Translations under genes and position numbers: made by a program
Source: an uncultured Myxococcales bacterium
Lineage (GTDB): Bacteria > Myxococcota_A > Polyangia > HGW-17 > SLPX01
Direction of reading: 5' to 3'
Assembly (NCBI GenBank): GCA_964539505.1
Contig: CAZIJS010000006.1
Coordinates: forward strand, 1-54,166
Length of the DNA stretch: 54,166 bases
The notes under the pieces: model-generated
Told to the model about the DNA's origin: nothing
Databases searched by the model: none
What the model saw: the letters and a program-made list of their open reading frames with translations, nothing else
In this document: positions 10,071 through 19,641 of the stretch, piece by piece
Numbering within the stretch: position 1 is the stretch's first letter
Layout: each line of letters opens with the position of its first letter

Positions 10071-10667
10071 TCAGTACCCTCCAAAAAGATCGGTGAGTTT
10101 GACGTCGAGCGCCGTGGCCACCTTGAACAGAGAACTCACCGAGGCGGAACTCTCCGCCCGCTCAATCTGGCTGAGCAGACTCACCGACAACTTGGTGCGC
10201 CGTGACATCTGCTTCAAGGTCAAGTTGCGCGCCTTGCGCAGCTCGCGGATCGTCTTTCCAATGGTGATGTGCAGTTCGTCTTCTCGACGAAGCACCAACC
10301 CTTTCTTTTTCGCGATGCGATGCAGGACTTCTCGAAACTCGTCTGCGGCAAAGGGCTTTTTGATATAGGCACTGACATTGTATTCAATGGAGGCTGTGGC
10401 AGTCTCCAAGGAGGGATACCCGGTCAAGATGACCACTGCGACGTCATCGTCTACCTTCCGAATCTTCTCGAGGAGATCCATCCCCGACATCTTCGGCATC
10501 ATGAGATCGAGGACCACCACGTGATATTCGAGCGCTTTGAGTTCATCGACGGCCAGTGTGGGATCGCTGAGCGTTTTGACGTGGTAGCCGTCGTGCGTCA
10601 AAAAATCGTTCAAATACGTGCAGACGTCCATGTCGTCGTCTACTACGAGAATGCTGAGCTGGTTCAC
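10071..10667 (-). CDS. Response regulator, REC plus XRE-family HTH (DigR-like architecture)
   Basis: VVDDD, LDLMMP and KKPF receiver motifs. C-terminal IRELRKARNLTLKQMS...LLSQIERAESSASV is an XRE HTH. GTG start after AGGAGG. Confidence 0.88.
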   Translation of the reverse strand: MNQLSILVVDDDMDVCTYLNDFLTHDGYHVKTLSDPTLAVDELKALEYHVVVLDLMMPKMSGMDLLEKIRKVDDDVAVVILTGYPSLETATASIEYNVSAYIKKPFAADEFREVLHRIAKKKGLVLRREDELHITIGKTIRELRKARNLTLKQMSRRTKLSVSLLSQIERAESSASVSSLFKVATALDVKLTDLFGGY

Positions 10668-10746
10668 GGCAGGACCTCCTGACCCAACCCGCTACTGGCT
10701 GACCGGCAGTCCGAGATAACGGCGCTTCCCCTGTTCCCACTACCGA

Positions 10747-10829
<83 letters not shown>

Positions 10830-10837
10830 CTCGGCAG

Positions 10838-10866
10838 TGTTTAGACCGAAACCTCGCGCTTGTCAA
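10838..10866 (-). promoter_or_regulatory. sigma70-type promoter of tRNA-Pro
   Basis: Minus strand TTGACA-17 nt-TAAACA, 12 nt upstream of the tRNA 5' end. Confidence 0.65.
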
Positions 10867-11160
10867 CACCTCCACACAGCGGCATCACCCGGCCGGACCC
10901 TGACTTCATCCGGTCGTCAGTCAATTGTCGTACTCGTCCCAATCCCTCTGCCTGCACCATTTTTTAGTATAACTGCAATTTGTGTTCGATCAACAAGGAA
11001 TTTCCCGTAAGACACCGAACAAATGCCGATTTCGCCCCCAACCGTAAGAAACGAGCGGCCCACGCGTGGATGTTCGAGCCCGGGACAGCAGTTTGTCCGT
11101 CATGCCACCTGCCACAGCCGACGAGAAGACTGCAAAACATGAAACGAAGAACGAACGGGT

Positions 11161-13158
11161 CTACCTCATCGAGATCTTTTCCGGCCCCCTGGGACCAGCA
11201 GCCTTGCCCGGCCAGGTCACCACCCCGACACCTGGTGCCGAGTGAACCCTGGCGGCGGCGGCCGCGGCCTTGCTCGTCAGGTAGACGATGAACCGCACGC
11301 CGCCTCGCCGGCGCACCACCTTGACGAACCGTACCTGGGAATCGGCCACCTTGTGGTTGCCCGGCCGCAGCCTGGATCGCACGCCCGTCATGTCCACCAC
11401 CACTCCCGGCGGCTTGGCCAGCCAATAGGAACTCAACGTCTTTGCCCTGCCCGTCACTCCGAGGAGCAGGGAGACTGTCCCGGCACGACGGCGGACCGCC
11501 AGACCCACCTTGGCCAGGGCTCTCGTGGCGCGATGCGAGGCGCCAGGCGACGCCTGCCTCTCGGCCGAGGCGGGACGACTCACTGGTCTGCGGTCGGCAG
11601 AGAGCCGCGGCTTGCGCAACGCATGCCTGCGGGACCGGCCTACATTGTCTGTGTGTCTCCGGGACGCCTGGCGCCCCACTGCCGGATCCTGCACATCTCC
11701 CCGACTTCCATTCGATGCAACAGGGGACCGACTCGCGCTTGGGCTGGCCGACAGGGCAGTTTTCTTGCGATCTGCCGGTTCCTGGTCCAGGCGTCCTTCA
11801 CCTGGATCGACGGCTCCTTGGCTCGCCCCCGACTGTTCGGAAATACCCTGCGTCTTTTTCTGGGCCGAAGACCTGTCATGGTGCTTGTTCCTGCCTCCGA
11901 GCAGACCGGCGACCCCGGCCCCGGCAGCCGCCAACAGAAGGCAGGACGCCAGGGTCACGGCAGCCCTGGACTTTCGCATCCTGCGCAAAAATGCCCTCGG
12001 GCCCTGGCCGCCATCCTGCTTTTCTTCCACCATGTCCACTGCTGCAGGCGCCGGAACCAGGGGCGCCGGTTCGAGACCGGACAAAGAAATCTCGGGTGGC
12101 ATGGCCTCCCCAATCGAGACCGGATCGGCAGGCTGTTCCGGCCGCGCCGAGACTGCCACAGGAGGCGCCCCATCCTTCCTCGTCACATCCGCGGGAGGAC
12201 GTGGCAACGATGCAGGCCGATCTGGAGTCGTGGCGCCAACGAAATCCCTGGGCGATGCTTCGAATGCCACCGATCCATCCTCGGAAGAACGGACCCTGCG
12301 TTCCAATTCACTGCTGTCCAACCGGATCCGCACCCGGCCGGCACCCAGTCCTCCCAGTTCCACCAGGCCCAACCTGGTCAACTCGTCACCGTCCTCGAGT
12401 CGCAGCGTGATTCGTGCCTCTGACCAGCCTCCCACAATCTCGATGCCATCCTCGGTGAGTCCCACCACCCTGCCTTCCACGAGCACCTGTTCCATGACCA
12501 CCTGCAAGGCGTCTCCAGGAGCAAGGGAGGTCCCCTCGGCCCTGGAGGGCCCATCGGCCCTGGAGGGCGCATCAGCAGGCGGCGGAGGCAACATCTCGGA
12601 GACAGGCGCTTGCGGCACCTCGACGGGCTCTGATCCCAAACCTGGCACCACGGGTCTGGGCGGAGGAGGCGGCATCATCCCAGAGGCGGGAGGCGATGCC
12701 ACGAGGTCGATGATCTCCTCGTCACCTGCCTCGCCCAGGATTTCGGATTCTCCCGGGTCCGCCCCAAATTCAATCGAACCGTCTTGGACTGGCTGCGCAT
12801 CCGGGTCGACCCCGTCTTCGACCGCCTCGAAAGAATCTACGTAGAGCTGCAGTCTGTCCAGGTCGTCGACGGCAATGCCCACGAAGGTCAAGCCCATGCC
12901 AGGGGGAGGAACCTGGTCTGCGGGACCAGACCTGGTCCATGCCACCTCCGTGTCCAGGGTCATCTCTTCGGAGTCGTCCGGCAGGGTCAGAGTACAACGA
13001 AGCCGCGTCCCCACGGGCAAGGGTCTGGTGGTCTTCAAAAAGAGTCCTCCCTCCCCGATGTTGACGGCACGATAACGCAGCGGCCCCTCCAAATCCTCGC
13101 TGCGACAGTCCACGTCCAAGTCCAACGGCACCCTGGCCGGTTGCGGCGCTTCAGTCAT
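11161..13158 (-). CDS. PilZ-domain (TIGR02266-like) membrane protein with Pro-rich linker, one TM helix and C-terminal AMIN-like domain
   Basis: Real start ATG 13158 after AGGAGG; the ORF-track extension overlaps the next gene. PilZ-like NIGEGGLFLKT...EVAWTR...PPGMGLTF. TM segment AAVTLASCLLLAAAGAGVAGLL. C-terminal YWLAKPPGVVVDM...VRFIVYL. Confidence 0.75.
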   Translation of the reverse strand: MTEAPQPARVPLDLDVDCRSEDLEGPLRYRAVNIGEGGLFLKTTRPLPVGTRLRCTLTLPDDSEEMTLDTEVAWTRSGPADQVPPPGMGLTFVGIAVDDLDRLQLYVDSFEAVEDGVDPDAQPVQDGSIEFGADPGESEILGEAGDEEIIDLVASPPASGMMPPPPPRPVVPGLGSEPVEVPQAPVSEMLPPPPADAPSRADGPSRAEGTSLAPGDALQVVMEQVLVEGRVVGLTEDGIEIVGGWSEARITLRLEDGDELTRLGLVELGGLGAGRVRIRLDSSELERRVRSSEDGSVAFEASPRDFVGATTPDRPASLPRPPADVTRKDGAPPVAVSARPEQPADPVSIGEAMPPEISLSGLEPAPLVPAPAAVDMVEEKQDGGQGPRAFLRRMRKSRAAVTLASCLLLAAAGAGVAGLLGGRNKHHDRSSAQKKTQGISEQSGASQGAVDPGEGRLDQEPADRKKTALSASPSASRSPVASNGSRGDVQDPAVGRQASRRHTDNVGRSRRHALRKPRLSADRRPVSRPASAERQASPGASHRATRALAKVGLAVRRRAGTVSLLLGVTGRAKTLSSYWLAKPPGVVVDMTGVRSRLRPGNHKVADSQVRFVKVVRRRGGVRFIVYLTSKAAAAAARVHSAPGVGVVTWPGKAAGPRGPEKISMR

Positions 13159-13321
13159 GATGGACCTCCTCACAAGGGCTGTCTGCAATTGGTTTTTCAC
13201 CGAACCCAACGCAGACTCTCTCGATCGAGGCGTATCACGGCCTTGCGAATGCCGCAAAAAACTGCCGGGGTGCAAGGTCCCTTTGCAAGAAAACGGAAAT
13301 GATGAGCCATCCATAGGGTCT

Positions 13322-15268
13322 TTAGCGAGACAATCCACGTCTCGAAAGGGGGAGCAGCAGCAAGACGAGCAACCACAACGAACCGGGCGGCCTGGACTTT
13401 CCGGACCTGCAGCCGCATCCACTGCTTTCATCCCTCGATGCGGAAGCATCCGCCGGGAAAACGCCTGCGTCCCAGGTCCCGGCATCTCCTCCGCTGTCTG
13501 GGGCGGCATCGGCAGTGCCTGCATCCCTCTCCGGCGGGGCCTGCAGGTGGCAGTTCCAGACACAACCGCCTGCCACACATGCCCAGGCCCCGGCCTCGTC
13601 GTCCTGACAGGTGCCGGACTGCCTGGACTCGCAGTCCCCGGCCCCACTGCATTCCGACAGATCGTCACCCAGGACAAACTGGTCCAAAACCGTGCCATCG
13701 AGACGCGTTGCAGTAAAATCGACCCTGGGTCCAGAAACATCCAAAATAACATAATGATACACAGATGCAGACACCTCGGTCCACCAGTCGCCGTCCACCG
13801 GGTAGAGGGGCGCACCGCCCCCCCCTGTGACCACGTACTTGACCCCGTTGACCGTCCCGCGCTCGTAATCATGGTCGTGCCCCGAAAACACGATCTCGAC
13901 CCCGTATTGCTCGAACAAGGGCACGAGGACCGCCTGGGCTTGGGTGTTGGGCCCGTGTGAACCGGAATCGTAGGGCCCATGATGCAGAAACACGAACCGG
14001 TGGAAGATGGTCTGGTCGGAGGCGGCATTGGACAACAGATCTTCGAGCCAAGTATACTGTGCACTGCCCTGGTCCCAGTCGCTGCCGTAGAGGTCGATGA
14101 CCACGAACAAGGCCACCCCGTATCTGACGGCATAGTACCGTTCGGTGCCCGACGAATCCCTGGGGAGTTCGAAGATGTCGAGATACCGGTCACCGGTCCC
14201 CTCGTGGTTCCCCAGCACCGGGTAGAGGGGAACGTCGCGCAGCATCTCGGCCGTCACATCGAAAAAGGTCTGCCAGAGGCCGTCGTCCGATCCGTCCGCC
14301 ACCAGGTCTCCCGTGTTGAAAATCAGGTCCACGTCGGAGGCGATGATGCCCTCGACCACCTCTCTGTGGATATCCGGTTGGCTGCGCGTGTCCCCGTAGA
14401 CCCCCACCCGAAATGCCGTGGCGCTGTCTTTCATCGTGCGCACATGCCCCACCGAGGAAGGCCACTTGGCACTCTCCACCCGATAGGTATAGCTGCTCTG
14501 GGGCAACAGGTCCGTCAGGGCCGCCACGTGGTGCGTCACCAGACTCGAATCCGACACCGACCTGCTCATGTCGTCTTCTGCAGGGCCATAAACAATGTCT
14601 GTGGGGGCCGGCTGATCCGTCTCCCAGACCACCAGCACAGACCTGCGATCCAGTTGCTGGAGAAAGGGACCCAAGGTGATTTGGGCATCCAGGGGCGGCG
14701 AATCGTATCCCCACAAGACTGGATCGAAGGACAGATCCGAGCTGCCCAAACTCGCATTGTGGACCTCGACGGCCAGGACGTTGTCCCCCTCGACGAGCAG
14801 TCCTGGATCGATGGTGAAACTCTCGACACCGTCGGTCACCTCGTGTCCCGATGCTGTATCGTCCGGCCCGAGGGCCCCGGCGGGCACGTGGGACCTGGCC
14901 ACTTCGGTTCCGTTGAGATAGGCCACGAATCCGTCGTCGAAGGAGACATCGAGCTGCAACGTGGTGGCCTGCTCGGCCCCCGCGATGAAATGGGCACGAA
15001 CGTACAAAGTCACGTAATGGTCCTGCATGTCAGACACAACCGTCCTGTCGTCGCCATCGCCGTACCCGATTCCAAACCCCTCCTCAGAGGATGTCCAGGA
15101 TGAGTCTTCCTGAAACTCCCTGTCCGTCCAATCGGCTGGTGGGGCAGATGTGCCCGGTCGGTAGAACAGTTGGCCGCCTTCCCGAAGATAGACCCAGGTC
15201 CCGGCCAGGGCTGGTGACGAAGTCACCAGAATAGCCAAAACAATCCCAAACGAACCGACCCGTTTCAT
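13322..15268 (-). CDS. Secreted metallophosphoesterase (purple acid phosphatase-like) with MYXO-CTERM-like sorting signal
   Basis: Signal peptide. Beta-sandwich domain (DDGFVAYLNG...NVLAVEVHN). Motifs YGDTRS, TGDLV, GNHE, GHDHDYER. C-terminus SSGCGCRS...LWLLVLLLLPLSRR. Confidence 0.88.
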   Translation of the reverse strand: MKRVGSFGIVLAILVTSSPALAGTWVYLREGGQLFYRPGTSAPPADWTDREFQEDSSWTSSEEGFGIGYGDGDDRTVVSDMQDHYVTLYVRAHFIAGAEQATTLQLDVSFDDGFVAYLNGTEVARSHVPAGALGPDDTASGHEVTDGVESFTIDPGLLVEGDNVLAVEVHNASLGSSDLSFDPVLWGYDSPPLDAQITLGPFLQQLDRRSVLVVWETDQPAPTDIVYGPAEDDMSRSVSDSSLVTHHVAALTDLLPQSSYTYRVESAKWPSSVGHVRTMKDSATAFRVGVYGDTRSQPDIHREVVEGIIASDVDLIFNTGDLVADGSDDGLWQTFFDVTAEMLRDVPLYPVLGNHEGTGDRYLDIFELPRDSSGTERYYAVRYGVALFVVIDLYGSDWDQGSAQYTWLEDLLSNAASDQTIFHRFVFLHHGPYDSGSHGPNTQAQAVLVPLFEQYGVEIVFSGHDHDYERGTVNGVKYVVTGGGGAPLYPVDGDWWTEVSASVYHYVILDVSGPRVDFTATRLDGTVLDQFVLGDDLSECSGAGDCESRQSGTCQDDEAGAWACVAGGCVWNCHLQAPPERDAGTADAAPDSGGDAGTWDAGVFPADASASRDESSGCGCRSGKSRPPGSLWLLVLLLLPLSRRGLSR

Positions 15269-15499
15269 CGCACAATCCTCCTGTCCGCCTCAAACACCAG
15301 ACCGCCACAAACAGTCCGCCTCGATATGGGACCACCATAAACCAGACCGCGTTCCATGCCAACGAACACCTCATCGCCGAGCAGCATCCCGGCCAGGGCC
15401 CGTCTCGTTGCTGCGCAAGTTTTCCTAGAAAAATGGCTGCTTTTGCATATGGTGTCATTGTTCATGTGTTTTCGGTCTGTCGTAGGAAGGGACACATTC

Positions 15500-16555
15500 A
15501 TGCCAGACAGCCGTCCCAAGGCCACAGTTCCCCTGACCCAACTCGTCTCCGCCTCAGGGTGAGCGGCGAAACTGGGACCAGAGGTTCTGGACCAGGCCCT
15601 CGGGGATTTGAAAATTCCCCACACCAAAGAGGTCCTCGTGGGATTTTCCCGGGGGGACGATGCAGGGGTGTATCGTCTCTCGGCGGACCAGGCCCTGATC
15701 CAGACCGTGGACGTTCTCACACCGATCGTAGACGACCCCTACGACTTCGGCCGCATCGCCGCGGCCAACGCCCTATCGGACGTCTACGCCATGGGCGGCA
15801 AGCCCTTGACCGCGCTCAACATCGTGGGCTTCCCGGCAGGCAGCCTGGACATCGAAATCCTGCAGCGCATCCTGGAAGGCGGCCTGGCCAAACTCCGGGA
15901 AGCAGGATGCGCCCTGGTGGGGGGACACAGTCTCCAGGACCCGGAACTCAAATACGGCCTGTCGGTGACAGGGATCGTGCATCCCGACAGGCTCTGGCAA
16001 AACCAAGGCCTGCGCCCCGGAGACGCTCTCGTGCTCACCAAACCGCTGGGTACGGGCATCTTGTCCACCGCGGTCAAGGCCGGCAAGGTGAGCCGACAGA
16101 CCATCGCGGTCATGACCGAGTCCATGGCGACGCTCAATGACCGGGCCGCGGCCATCGCTGCGACCATGGACTTATCGGCCTGCACGGATGTCACTGGTTT
16201 CGGCCTGGTGGGCCATGCCTGCGAGATGATCGACGGCACGGGCCTGGGCATCGAGTTCGATGCAGAGGCTTTGCCCTTGCTGCCGGAAGTCGAGCAATGG
16301 AGCCGGATGGGCCTGGTGCCGGGAGGCCTCGGACGCAATATGTGCCATCGTCTCGACCGCGTGGACCTGCGTCCCGACCTTCCCGAACACATCCTCGACC
16401 TGGTGTTCGATCCCCAAACGTCTGGAGGACTCCTCCTGGGCCTGCCTGCACACCAAGCCCGACGACTCGTCGAGCAACTCCAAGACTCACGCAGACAAGC
16501 CGCCCTGGTTGCCAAAGTCGTCGAAGATCCAGACGAGCGGATTAGACTCCTTTGA
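15500..16555 (+). CDS. selD: Selenide, water dikinase SelD (selenoprotein; in-frame UGA at 15560-15562 read as Sec21)
   Basis: ATG 15500 (GGAAGGG upstream) gives MPDSRPKATVPLTQLVSASG-U-AAKLGPEVL, in frame with the 15608 ORF. DDAGVY, AANALSDVYAMGG, GGHS, TDVTGFGLVGH, DPQTSGGLL. Confidence 0.95.
15572..15595 (+). promoter_or_regulatory. Putative bacterial SECIS element of selD
   Basis: CTGG-GA-CCAGA-GGT-TCTGG-A-CCAG stem-loop starting 9 nt after the UGA, with G in the apical loop. Confidence 0.65.
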
Positions 16556-16638
16556 CCTGCCTGCTGTCGGCCGACTTGCCTGCATCGACGCTCGTGCCCC
16601 ATCCCCCGGCTTCACGATTTCACGACACACAGAGAAAC

Positions 16639-17613
16639 TCAATCCTTGCCCAACCTGGCCTCGAAAATCTGGTGGTCTTCCTCGTAGCCGGTCAATGACA
16701 AAGTGACCACCTCCAGGCTGAGCCGGATCATCCGGCCGCTGGGCAGGCGCACGTGCACGAATTCATCCTCCTCGACGAACTCCACGACACATCGCCCGAA
16801 CTTGGGATGGTTGACGATGTCCCCGGTGACCGGCTCGACCCAGTCCTCGTCCCCGGCTTCTTCCTGGGCTGCAGCGTCACCGCCCACGAGCGCACCGTCG
16901 CCTGCATCACCGCCGCCCGCTGTCTCGGCAGGATTTGGCGCCTGAGCGTCCGGCGTGGCATCGGAGACAGGATCGGCCGGAGCGGTCCCTTTCTGCCCAG
17001 ACGCTTTCTTCCCTGCCTTGGCCGCCTTCTTCCCTGCCTTGGCCGACTTCTTCCGGCCTGCCGAAACCTCACCGTCCTTGCCGTCTTCCATGGCCATGGC
17101 CTCGGTGAGCACATCGTCCCATGTCACCTTCCCGGCCTGGGCGGCGGGTTGGTCCTGTTCGCTGCGCAGCTCGATCCGGTCCTTCCAGAGGGCCAGTCCG
17201 GTCTCTTTGTCCTGGAGTCGGCGCAAGATGAGATCGTCACAGGTCTGCAAAACGAACTCACAGGCAAACACCTGGCCGGAAAGCAGGTGACCGCCCAGCA
17301 TCTGGAGTCCGTTGTCCGTGCTCCTGGCGAGACTGGCATGCAGGTGACAAAACAGTTCGCCGTCCTTCTCGGTGACATTTCCGAGCAGTGAGACGATCTC
17401 CAGGTCGCCGAAGAACCGGCGTCCTGTCTCGTAGGTCCGAAGCTTCTGGTCGTAAGCCGTGAGCACGGCTTCGGAGAGCGCCCCGATGGCGCGAACCTCC
17501 GCGCAGCGCACCGAGAACTTGCGACAGACCTCGATGAGTCCCTTGAGCAAATCGTCCCCTCGTTCGAGTCTCCCAAGAATCATGCGGCCCGAGCGACTGA
17601 CGGATACGAACAC
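16639..17613 (-). CDS. PPC/DUF296 domain protein with Lys/Ala-rich linker and C-terminal Tudor/SH3-like domain
   Basis: RLERGDDL...AIGALSEA...EIVSLLGNV...HLHASL...GGHL (DUF296). AKAGKKA repeats. C-terminal GDIVNHPKFGRCVV. Confidence 0.8.
   Translation of the reverse strand: MFVSVSRSGRMILGRLERGDDLLKGLIEVCRKFSVRCAEVRAIGALSEAVLTAYDQKLRTYETGRRFFGDLEIVSLLGNVTEKDGELFCHLHASLARSTDNGLQMLGGHLLSGQVFACEFVLQTCDDLILRRLQDKETGLALWKDRIELRSEQDQPAAQAGKVTWDDVLTEAMAMEDGKDGEVSAGRKKSAKAGKKAAKAGKKASGQKGTAPADPVSDATPDAQAPNPAETAGGGDAGDGALVGGDAAAQEEAGDEDWVEPVTGDIVNHPKFGRCVVEFVEEDEFVHVRLPSGRMIRLSLEVVTLSLTGYEEDHQIFEARLGKD
17006..17054. repeat. 21-bp in-frame tandem repeat encoding AKAGKK(A/S)
   Basis: TTCTTCCCTGCCTTGGCCG repeated with 21-nt period inside the DUF296 gene. 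Confidence 0.75.
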
Positions 17614-17839
17614 GAAACACCTCCGTGCCTTTCATTTCGCATCGACTGGATGGCGCTTCGAAATAGTGTCTTCGGTGGGCTTCTGTCAAGCCGGGAACGC
17701 GCCACATCTTAAAAAAACAGCACAAACCCACGTTCATCCCCTTGTTTTACACCTCCATTTGGGCAAAACCTATTCCAACGCACCAAACGCCTCCGGGCCC
17801 ATGCCGGTTCGGACAGGACGCATCCACGCGGAGGATTCG

Positions 17840-19489
17840 ATGAAGATAGCATTGGCCCAGCTCGATCCCACGGTGGGAGACGTGGCAGGAAACCTCGCCA
17901 AGGCACGCAAAGTTTGGAAAAAGCATGCCGGCAAGGTAGACCTTATTGTGTTCCCAGAACTCTTCCTGGCCGGGTACCCCCCCATGGACCTCCTGGAGCG
18001 CCCCTCGTTCCGAACCGAACTGCAAACAGCGGCCCGGTCCCTGGCGGGCGACACGGCCTCCCGCCCGGAAACAGCAATCCTCATCGGGACCGCGGTCCCC
18101 ACCGACGCGCCCACGGGCAAAGGGCTCCACAACGCAGCCCTGCTCCTGGGCCGAGGACGAATCCTGGCGCAGCGTCTCAAGCGACTGTTGCCCACCTACG
18201 ACGTCTTCGATGAAAATCGATATTTCGATCCCGGTCCCAGACAAGAGCCGGTAAAATGGGCTGGTGAACGCATCGGGGTCACCATCTGCGAGGACGCCTT
18301 CACCAACATGGAAATCTGGCCAGACGTCCGTTACAGCGATGATCCGGTGGCCGACCTGGCCGCAGCGGGCGCCACGATCCTGGTGAACCTCTCGGCATCC
18401 CCCTTCGTCCTGGACAAAGACTCGGCGCGGTTCGCATGTATGGCCGGCCATGCCGCAAGACACCACGTGCCATTCGTGTACGTCAATCAAGTGGGAGGAA
18501 ACGACGAACTCATCTTCGACGGTTCCAGTTTCTGCTTGGACCCATCCGGGAAACTGGCGGCCCGACTGCCATCCTTCCAGGAAGCGGTCACAGTCCTCGA
18601 CACCGAGACTCCGGGAGAAGGTGTCTGGCCGGGCATGACGCGACCAGAGGCGGCACACAAAGCCCTCGTCCTGGGACTGGCCGACTATGTCGCCAAGTGC
18701 GGCTTCGAGAGCGTGGTCCTGGGCCTGTCGGGAGGCATCGACTCGGCGGTGGTTGCCTGTCTGGCTGCAGAGGCCCTTGGGCCCGACCGGGTCCTGGCCG
18801 TGGCCATGCCCTCTCGCTATTCGTCTTCCGAGAGTCTCGAACTGGCCCAGGCCCTGGCAACGAACCTGGGCATATCCCTCAAAATCGTGCCGGTGGAACA
18901 GCCACACCAAGCCTACCTGGACCTCCTGGCGCCGCTCATGGACTGGACCGGGCACGATGTGGACCTTGCCCAGGAAAACCTCCAGGCCAGGATCCGGGGC
19001 AATATTCTCATGGCCCTGTCCAATCGGTATGGCTCACTGGTCTTGTCCACCGGAAACAAGAGTGAACTGGCCGTGGGCTACTGCACCCTCTACGGAGACA
19101 TGTCCGGGGGACTGGCCGTGATCTCCGACCTTCCGAAAACCCTGGTCTATGACGTGGCCGAATACATCAACCAGGAACGTGAGGTCATCCCGAAACGCAT
19201 CCTGACGAGACCTCCTTCCGCAGAACTCAAGCCGGACCAGAAAGACACAGACAGCCTGCCGCCCTACCCGGTGCTGGACGAAATCCTGCGACTCTGTATC
19301 GAAGAACGCCTGTCGGGCGGAGAAATCGTGGACATGACAGGACAGGACCAGGCCCTGGTGGACCGGATCCTGCGTATGGTCCAAAGAAACGAATACAAGC
19401 GCCGCCAGGCCGCCATTGGTCTCAAGGTCACCACCAAGAGCTTCGGCATGGGCCGGCGCATGCCCGTGGCCGCCCGCTACCGTCTCTGA
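17840..19489 (+). CDS. nadE: Glutamine-dependent NAD+ synthetase
   Basis: Nitrilase-like domain (FPELFLAGY, KRLLPTYDVFDE, ICED) plus SGGIDS, ENLQARIR, TGNKSE, PSAEL. Start ATG 17840 after GGAGG. Confidence 0.96.
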   Translation: MKIALAQLDPTVGDVAGNLAKARKVWKKHAGKVDLIVFPELFLAGYPPMDLLERPSFRTELQTAARSLAGDTASRPETAILIGTAVPTDAPTGKGLHNAALLLGRGRILAQRLKRLLPTYDVFDENRYFDPGPRQEPVKWAGERIGVTICEDAFTNMEIWPDVRYSDDPVADLAAAGATILVNLSASPFVLDKDSARFACMAGHAARHHVPFVYVNQVGGNDELIFDGSSFCLDPSGKLAARLPSFQEAVTVLDTETPGEGVWPGMTRPEAAHKALVLGLADYVAKCGFESVVLGLSGGIDSAVVACLAAEALGPDRVLAVAMPSRYSSSESLELAQALATNLGISLKIVPVEQPHQAYLDLLAPLMDWTGHDVDLAQENLQARIRGNILMALSNRYGSLVLSTGNKSELAVGYCTLYGDMSGGLAVISDLPKTLVYDVAEYINQEREVIPKRILTRPPSAELKPDQKDTDSLPPYPVLDEILRLCIEERLSGGEIVDMTGQDQALVDRILRMVQRNEYKRRQAAIGLKVTTKSFGMGRRMPVAARYRL

Positions 19490-19641
19490 AACGCATTGTC
19501 TCTCTGGTGTCGGCGCCGACCTTGAACTCCGAGCCAAGCCCGGATACCATGCCCCGAAACGAGGCATCACCTGAACAAACAGGCCAGGCGACACAAACAC
19601 CAGGGCAACAAATCCTGGGCTTGCCTGGGAGGACGCACCGT

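Noticed and set aside
13250-13270. sigma54 promoter for the PilZ gene
   Set aside because: GG-to-GC spacing is 9 nt rather than the required 10.
13159-14193. 1010-aa version of the PilZ ORF
   Set aside because: The extension overlaps the phosphoesterase in another frame. A strong AGGAGG RBS supports ATG 13158.
15560-15562. selD as a nonsense pseudogene
   Set aside because: The stop is UGA exactly at the catalytic Cys/Sec position with a SECIS-like hairpin, and the rest of the gene is intact.
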